64,000 nucleotides of DNA from Schmidtea polychroa (taxonomy: Eukaryota): NCBI GenBank assembly GCA_044892525.1, contig CM097885.1, positions 14,324,001-14,388,000 of the forward strand, written 5' to 3'. Positions 57,599 to 64,000 of this stretch are shown here, in pieces. The notes under the pieces are model-generated. The model was not told where the DNA came from. It ran no database searches and was given only the letters and a program-made list of their open reading frames with translations. The position numbers were made by a program, and so were the translations under genes. Position 1 is the stretch's first letter. The number at the start of each line of letters is the position of its first letter.

Positions 57599-58533
57599 TA
57601 AAAACTTAATAAATAAATTGAACCAAATAATTATCTTGTGGGAAATAACTTAATCCGAAGGTCCCAAAGACATATCCAATCTCGGTCAACACTTGATCTA
57701 TACGTACATCTCTTTAAGGTACATTGCAAAAAGTGAAAACTATACAGAGAAATCAATTTATAAGGTCTATAAAACTTTTAGAATCTTGGAATAAACTCTA
57801 TAAAACCTCCTCACAACCTACCGGTGATATTTTACGTGTATAATGAATTGTTGCCACGTGTTATGGTCCTGGTTACAATTTTTTCTAGTGAAATACAACA
57901 ATAAATGTCACCTTTAAGTGTCTATACAGATATCTAAAGGAGGCCAAAAGGTTAAATAGAATAATATAATGAATTGCATAGATTGCTACAAAAATTAGTT
58001 AATTAATTAAAATAAATCGTCCAAAATATTTTCTTTCAAAGTTTATCTTAAGCAAGATCTTTATGTTGAACAGGAGTCATCGACCTTTTGCAATATATTT
58101 GTAAGATCGTGTCAAGAGAGCCCAACCTTCTTGATCTTTATTACTTTAATTTAGAGTTCAATAAAGCAGCCCAATGATCCTGCAACGATTATTTTAAAGA
58201 AATATGATAACAAACTTTTGCAGGATAAATATTCAGCCCTGAAATAATTAAAAGAACCCGAAGGAATCATAATAACCTTAGCCACTCATTCTATCACTTC
58301 TTGAAGTAGCAATGCCTTCATCAGATTGTCTTTCAAATCTTTTACTCTCTTGCTAAGGACAGAATAGATCACAGGGCCTATTTGCCTTATTTATTGTTGG
58401 CACGTGCCATTCTCATTGCAGTTCAAATACAAAAACAATTTACATGAAATACAAACATTACAAACGTATAAATGTCTATGAGAACATCAAATAGCATACA
58501 AAATCAAACTGTAATATCACAACCAACATTTGT

Positions 58534-58549
58534 GGTCCTAAAGAGGACC
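58534..58549 (-). terminator. Histone mRNA 3' stem-loop
   Basis: GGTCCT-CTTT-AGGACC-ACAAA downstream of H2B copy 3. Confidence 0.9.
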
Positions 58550-58584
58550 GTTGAACATTCTCAAACTAAATGAAAATCAACAAT

Positions 58585-58956
58585 TTACTTGGAACCAGTG
58601 TATTTAGTGACAGCCTTGGTTCCTTCACTGACAGCATGCTTGGCCAATTCTCCAGGCAAGATCAATCGGACAGCAGTTTGGATCTCTCTGCTGGAAATCG
58701 TTGATTTCTTGTTGTAAGTTGCCAACTTACTAGCTTCAGTTGCGATTCTTTCGAATACATCATTAACGAAGCTGTTCATGATTGACATGGCTTTACCAGA
58801 AATTCCAGTATCTGGATGAACTTGTCTGAGAACTTTGTAGATATAGATACCATAGCTTTCTTTACGTTTGTGAGATCTCTTCTTTTTGTCGGATTTCACA
58901 GCTTCCTTGGAAATCTTCTTTACTGATTTTGTAGCGACTTTTGTTGAAGGAGCCAT
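58585..58956 (-). CDS. H2B: Histone H2B, copy 3
   Basis: Intact 123-aa H2B with a downstream stem-loop. Confidence 0.98.
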   Translation of the reverse strand: MAPSTKVATKSVKKISKEAVKSDKKKRSHKRKESYGIYIYKVLRQVHPDTGISGKAMSIMNSFVNDVFERIATEASKLATYNKKSTISSREIQTAVRLILPGELAKHAVSEGTKAVTKYTGSK

Positions 58957-60469
58957 TTTAATCTGAATTTTATAAATGATAAAAGTTCATTCCTTCGTTA
59001 TATATGATTATCATTTTTTTTAAATATATTACGTTGCGGTATTTTCAATGATAAAATTAGAAAATTTAAATTTTGTTTCTGAAATAAAAACTAATTCAGT
59101 AATAATTTTTTATTTTACAAATAGAACAAAATGTGCAATTATTACAGAAATGAAGACCTGTTTAGGATTATTGAAATGTTTTTTTTAATTAAAATTTTTT
59201 ATAAATCTTCCGCTTTTATGCGAATTATTTCCACGCAAGAAATTATTACGCTGAGATAACATTTTAAAATTAAAATTTCTTTTAGAAACTAATATTAATA
59301 ATTAATTAATTTTGTGACAATTTAATGTAATTTTCTAAGTTTTATTTTCTATTAAATACAGAAAATGTGAGTGAAAAATAATTAAATTCCTCCAAAATTA
59401 ATTCAAATTCAAAAGGAAATTAAAGTGCAAAAATTACGAAAAATCAAAATTTTAGTGCAAAATAATTAACTAATAAATTTATATTAATAATTAAATTTTA
59501 TTTAAAATATTATCACATTAATACAGGGGAAAAGTTCTTAAAATGTGAATTTCATATTTGTGTAGATTTTACAATGTCACGTGATGTAAAATAATTTATT
59601 AATTTTTTATTAAACTTTATCAGATTGAAAATTAATTTATTTTTGTCTTTTAACTTATTCTGATTAATTATCTCGTGTTATTTTCATATTTATATAGTTT
59701 CAACAAGATGAGAGTATACCTATATCATCAAAGTAAAAGAAATACATACATTGATTTTGTAATGACTTTAATATTAGAAAAATTTTTAGAAAGCAAAAAA
59801 TAAAAATACCGTAAAATGCGATGCAATTAACTTTAAAAATAATTATTTTGTAACAAATATTATAAATTTTAATTTCATATTTGTGTAGATTTAACAATGT
59901 CACGTGAAGTAAAATAATTTTTAACCCTTTCTAAGGCAAAGGAAACTAAAAGTGACGTAAAACTCAAAGTTACAAATGATCATAAAAAAATAAAAACATA
60001 GAAATTTGTTCTCTTGTGGCTTAAAATGTGAATTTCATATTTGTGTAGATTTAGCAATGTCACGTGATGTAAAATAATTTTTTATTAAATTTTATTGGAT
60101 TGAAAAATTATTTATTTCTGTCTTAACATATTTGGAGTTAGAATGTTATATTAACTCTGTTTAGTGCCGGCTCGAGATCGCTTATCACACACAAAAATCA
60201 GACTAGATATACCAACGCATTTCCGTCACAAATCAATCAAAAAAAAGTAAATTTGAGGCGTATTGAAAGAAAGATTGAGCTAGGCATCATCGATAATATC
60301 GACGGCCACAGTAAGGAATGTCAGAAAGAGCTGGCCTCAATTCAGACTCCAAAAGTGAAGATTCTAGTTTCATGTAGTTTCATGGATACTTGAAGAACCT
60401 CCGTGGATACGTGAACTACCACGGGGTTCTCGGCGAAGCCACTCTACTAAGTAGAGTTTGTAAGCATTT

Positions 60470-60700
60470 GTGGGTTACAGGTAATCAAACGTTTTACGTC
60501 GTCGTGCTGTTTCCAGCGTAACCCAGAATACAATCAAAGTTCAACCTCTTGATACCCGATGAGAGATCAACGTTGGTACTGTATCAAGGGTTTGAGTACC
60601 GGCAAAAAATGAGCATGCTCGGCATATTATAGTTGTCCCGTACTCACTTGGGTTCACGGACTGCCAATAGAAGGCCTGTGTCCAATTTTTCCTGGTCCCT
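60470..60700 (+). other. Second copy of the structured repeat module, within a GC-richer LTR-like region
   Basis: Aligns to 9406-9640 with the stems conserved. Confidence 0.55.
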
Positions 60701-62616
60701 TTATTTTAAATTGTGTTTCCGAATCTCATTTCATATTTCAATCTTACTGAGCAAACAGGTTTAGTACATATACATAAAATTAATTTAATATTACAATCAT
60801 ATTTAATTCTATAACAAGTGTAACGGTCACTACCGGTATTTGATTGCTAGTTAAGAATATGATTTTATAAGGGTCTGGTAACTAGCAGGTGTGCTTGTTT
60901 TCCTTGTCTCAATCTTGCCAGTGCCGCCTTACCGAGACGGATTTTCTTCTTGGGCTAGGCAAGGGGTTCGGAGACACTAGGTGCGTTTATGATTTTTGCT
61001 ATTGGTCGTATCTGGGCGGCCTTGTCTTTATCTACCGCTTGTTAATGCACCTGAGTTTCTAGACTCCTAATTTTCAGACGAAGAGCCCATATCTAGGTTT
61101 GATCTTTGGCACTCTGAAGCTACAGTTGTTATATTAAAGATTACTACAGAGGTAAGAAGGACCATAGGGATCCTGAGCCATACATGCGTGTAAATTAATA
61201 CAAGAATTAAACAGATGAATTCGGTTACACAAGTACATCAGATTTATCACGATTGTCAGGGTTTGAGTCCTTGATATCCCGTATTAATAACTGTTATTGG
61301 ATTTCACTGGCCCGGGATCACCTTTCGCGGTCGCCCCCACTCCTGGGCGCAGTTGGAGTCGGCCTTTGGGACTCGTTCGACTAGACGGCACTGGATGGCG
61401 GAATCGACAACAATTTTATCTAGGTAATTCCTTTTAAGTTATTAAATTGTTTATTTTCAGTAAACTGGGTTTTCCTGATAAAGCCAAATCGGCTACCTCG
61501 CAATGTCACTCCTAGCTCTATGGGCTTGGTTGAACTATGACGATGGATCTATCTCACTAATACTTCTTCTCATGATCTTTTCCAATAACATGTGTGGATT
61601 TTAGTGGATAACGTTTATGATAATAAAATTATTTCTCATTGTCTTAATTAAATTCAACTTTTATGGAAATTCAAAAATTTTCCCCTTTGATTTAAGTTTA
61701 ATTCCGTTTTTCTTTTGATACAGTAATTAAACATAGAATAATGGATGTTGTGTTGCTAAAGGGTTTATGTTATAAATTGCTTAGTAAACTCTGAGGGGCC
61801 CTCTGCTTCGCTTCTGGAGTAAGTGTAGGTTAATTTACGATGCGATTGGGTGTTAAATTGATATTTCCTTATGGCCGATGGTGATTGGTCGATTCGTGGA
61901 ATTGACGCGTTGGGTCTGAATTTATGGTCAATATTCTATAAGGGGTACGTTTCTATTAATAGCACAAGGGTTCGTCACGCGCCTATTGGTCGATCCGAAA
62001 AAATGGAAAATCGATAATTTTACTTGAAATTCCAATCGATAAAATGAACAATGTAGTTTATACATTCAAAAATGGGTTAGTTCATGGTATGGATGTAGCT
62101 ATTACTAATTGAAGTAATTAATATAATTCGTACACAGAGTGGGATAGTAGCAGTAACCTGTCTAATATAATTAATTTGGGTGACCATAATGCATATTAAT
62201 GAGGTAATAAAGGTAATCAAAGTATTAATAATATAACTAATTAACGATTCAAGTAATAGTATTTGAGTATGTTATTAGCCAATGATAACATGGGTTATTA
62301 AACCAGAGTAGTATATAATGAGGACTCCAGCGCACTTCCAAGGTCATGGAATATCAAGATCAAATGTAGACCAATCGAATCATTTTTTTTAAAATTAAAT
62401 TAAATTTCTTCCATCTATTTAATTTATTACTTTTTATTATATTTTTATTATTATTTGATTTTAATTAATACTTTTGTTAATTTTAAATTTATTACACTTA
62501 TTAAGTAATTATTTTATTATATGTTTATTATTATTTTATTTTAATTTAATTAGTTCTATTTAGTTATTTTATTATAATTTATTAATTAATTAAAATAATT
62601 AATTAATAAATAGGGT

Positions 62617-63229
62617 AGTAGGGTAAAGTGTGGACCCGGGAACAAAGAACTATTACGTAATCGACGACGTCACAGGGGAAATTACATCATACCCCTTTAC
62701 CGCGGAGAGGGAATATTTTAAAATTTTTAAAAGTTACGTAACAAAACATATTAAATAATAAAGACACATTACATAACAAAGTCATATTACATAACAAATA
62801 CACATTACACAACAAAGACATGTTACATAACACAGGCATATGGCTCATAAATTTAAACTAAGAACTGTTACGTAACAAAGACATATTACACAACAAAGAC
62901 ATTTCAACGAAGAAGGACATATGTCTAATCAATTTAAACAAAGAAGTATTACACAAGAAAGACATTTTAAGACACATGACTCATTAATTTAAACAAAGAA
63001 ATATTACGTAACAAAAGCATTTTAAGAAAGAAAGACAGATAAATTTCAACAAAGAACTATTACGTAACAAATATATTTACTGCACAAAGAAACATGACTC
63101 ATCATACTTTTTAATTATTAATTATATTACGTTGCGGTATTTTAAAATTCAAATATATTTTAAAACACATTTTGACGCTAAAGTTGACTTAATTACCAAA
63201 GACATAATAAAATTATTGAACATGTTTTG

Positions 63230-63320
<91 letters not shown>

Positions 63321-64000
63321 ATTATATAGTCAGAGTTTATCCGACAAGATATTCTGTCCCCCTATGGATACTTGTTGCAAAGATACTGGTTGTAAAGGTA
63401 CTGGTCGTAAAGATACTGGTCGTAAAGATACTGGTCGTAAAGGTACTGCTAAAAATATTCAAGGCAAAACTTTAACAAAAAATTCTAAATAATATACTTT
63501 AAATATACACTCAAACTAAAATTTATTAACACATTCACACTCATCATCTCCGCATTTCATAACAATTTCAACAACATGATCTATACAATCGTTATATACA
63601 CGCGGTTCAGTATCCGTAAATTCCTCCATAGGTTCATCAATTTCTTAAATGATTTCCTCATCATCTTCTTGAATGTTTTCTTCATCAATTTGTTCAGTTT
63701 CATCAAATCCTGAATCTTCACTTTCTGCTACCCAGTCTAATGCATTTGTAACAGATAATATGTCCTCCATTTTTACACCAGATATTTCTGCTAATTTTTC
63801 CAATAAAAAGTTTATTACAAATTCGAAATATTAAATAATTCGATAATTAACTAATCATATTAACCTTTTTCTGTAGTCATTATTAACACTTTAAAACTAT
63901 AATGTATATTTGTTTATAGAATGTCTTTGTTAAAGTTTTGCATTAATATAGAAAATAAGTGAAAAACAAATATGACTAAATACATTTATTAAATACATCA
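62617..64000. mobile_element. Probable left end of a relative of the fold-back/Maverick-like element, running off the window
   Basis: Starts AGTAGGGTAAAGT, then ATTACATAACAAAGAC-type repeats. 63124-63203 is the reverse complement of ~43141-43213. 63333-63450 matches 42170-42270 and the 15-bp repeat. Confidence 0.55.
63518..63810 (-). pseudogene. Decayed acidic ORF of unknown function
   Basis: LLEKLAEISGVKMEDILSVTNALDWVAESEDSGFDETEQIDEENIQEDDEEII*EIDEPMEEFTDTEPRVYNDCIDHVVEIVMKCGDDECECVNKF*, with one internal stop. Confidence 0.45.

Larger units (their letters stand above)
57779..59856 (+). repeat. Segmental duplication of 34562-36813 joined to 48936-49415 (H2B and flanks)
   Basis: Colinear, near-identical sequence on both sides of the point where the 12.1-kb element interrupts the first copy. 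Confidence 0.92.

Noticed and set aside
60548..60588. CCGATGAG as a hammerhead ribozyme core
   Set aside because: Not CUGANGA, no GAAA or stem III, and the other copy has CCGTTGAG.

Overview
Very AT-rich eukaryotic (animal) genomic DNA. The (ATT)n arrays, 47-50 bp introns and H2B sequence would fit a planarian-like flatworm, but that is inference. Host genes: six two-exon ARF/ARL-family GTPase genes (five near-identical, one of them with a premature stop, plus one divergent paralog) and three solitary H2B genes with histone stem-loops. These have been amplified together by inverted and direct segmental duplication. The rest is transposon-derived: three decayed Ty3/Gypsy LTR elements, many hAT remnants and MITEs, and a Tigger/pogo element. 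The most unusual structure is a 12.1-kb non-coding fold-back element (36814-48929) with ~4.7-4.8-kb modular inverted arms, AGTAGGTAG termini and a 6-bp target duplication, as in Maverick/Polinton elements. Its empty site survives in the paralogous segment, and relatives lie at 592-3930 and probably from 62617 onward. Other highlights: a 20-bp H2B promoter motif shared with that element family, a Gypsy carrying an antisense host-like coding fragment right behind its PBS, and a ~230-nt repeat whose hairpins show compensatory base changes.
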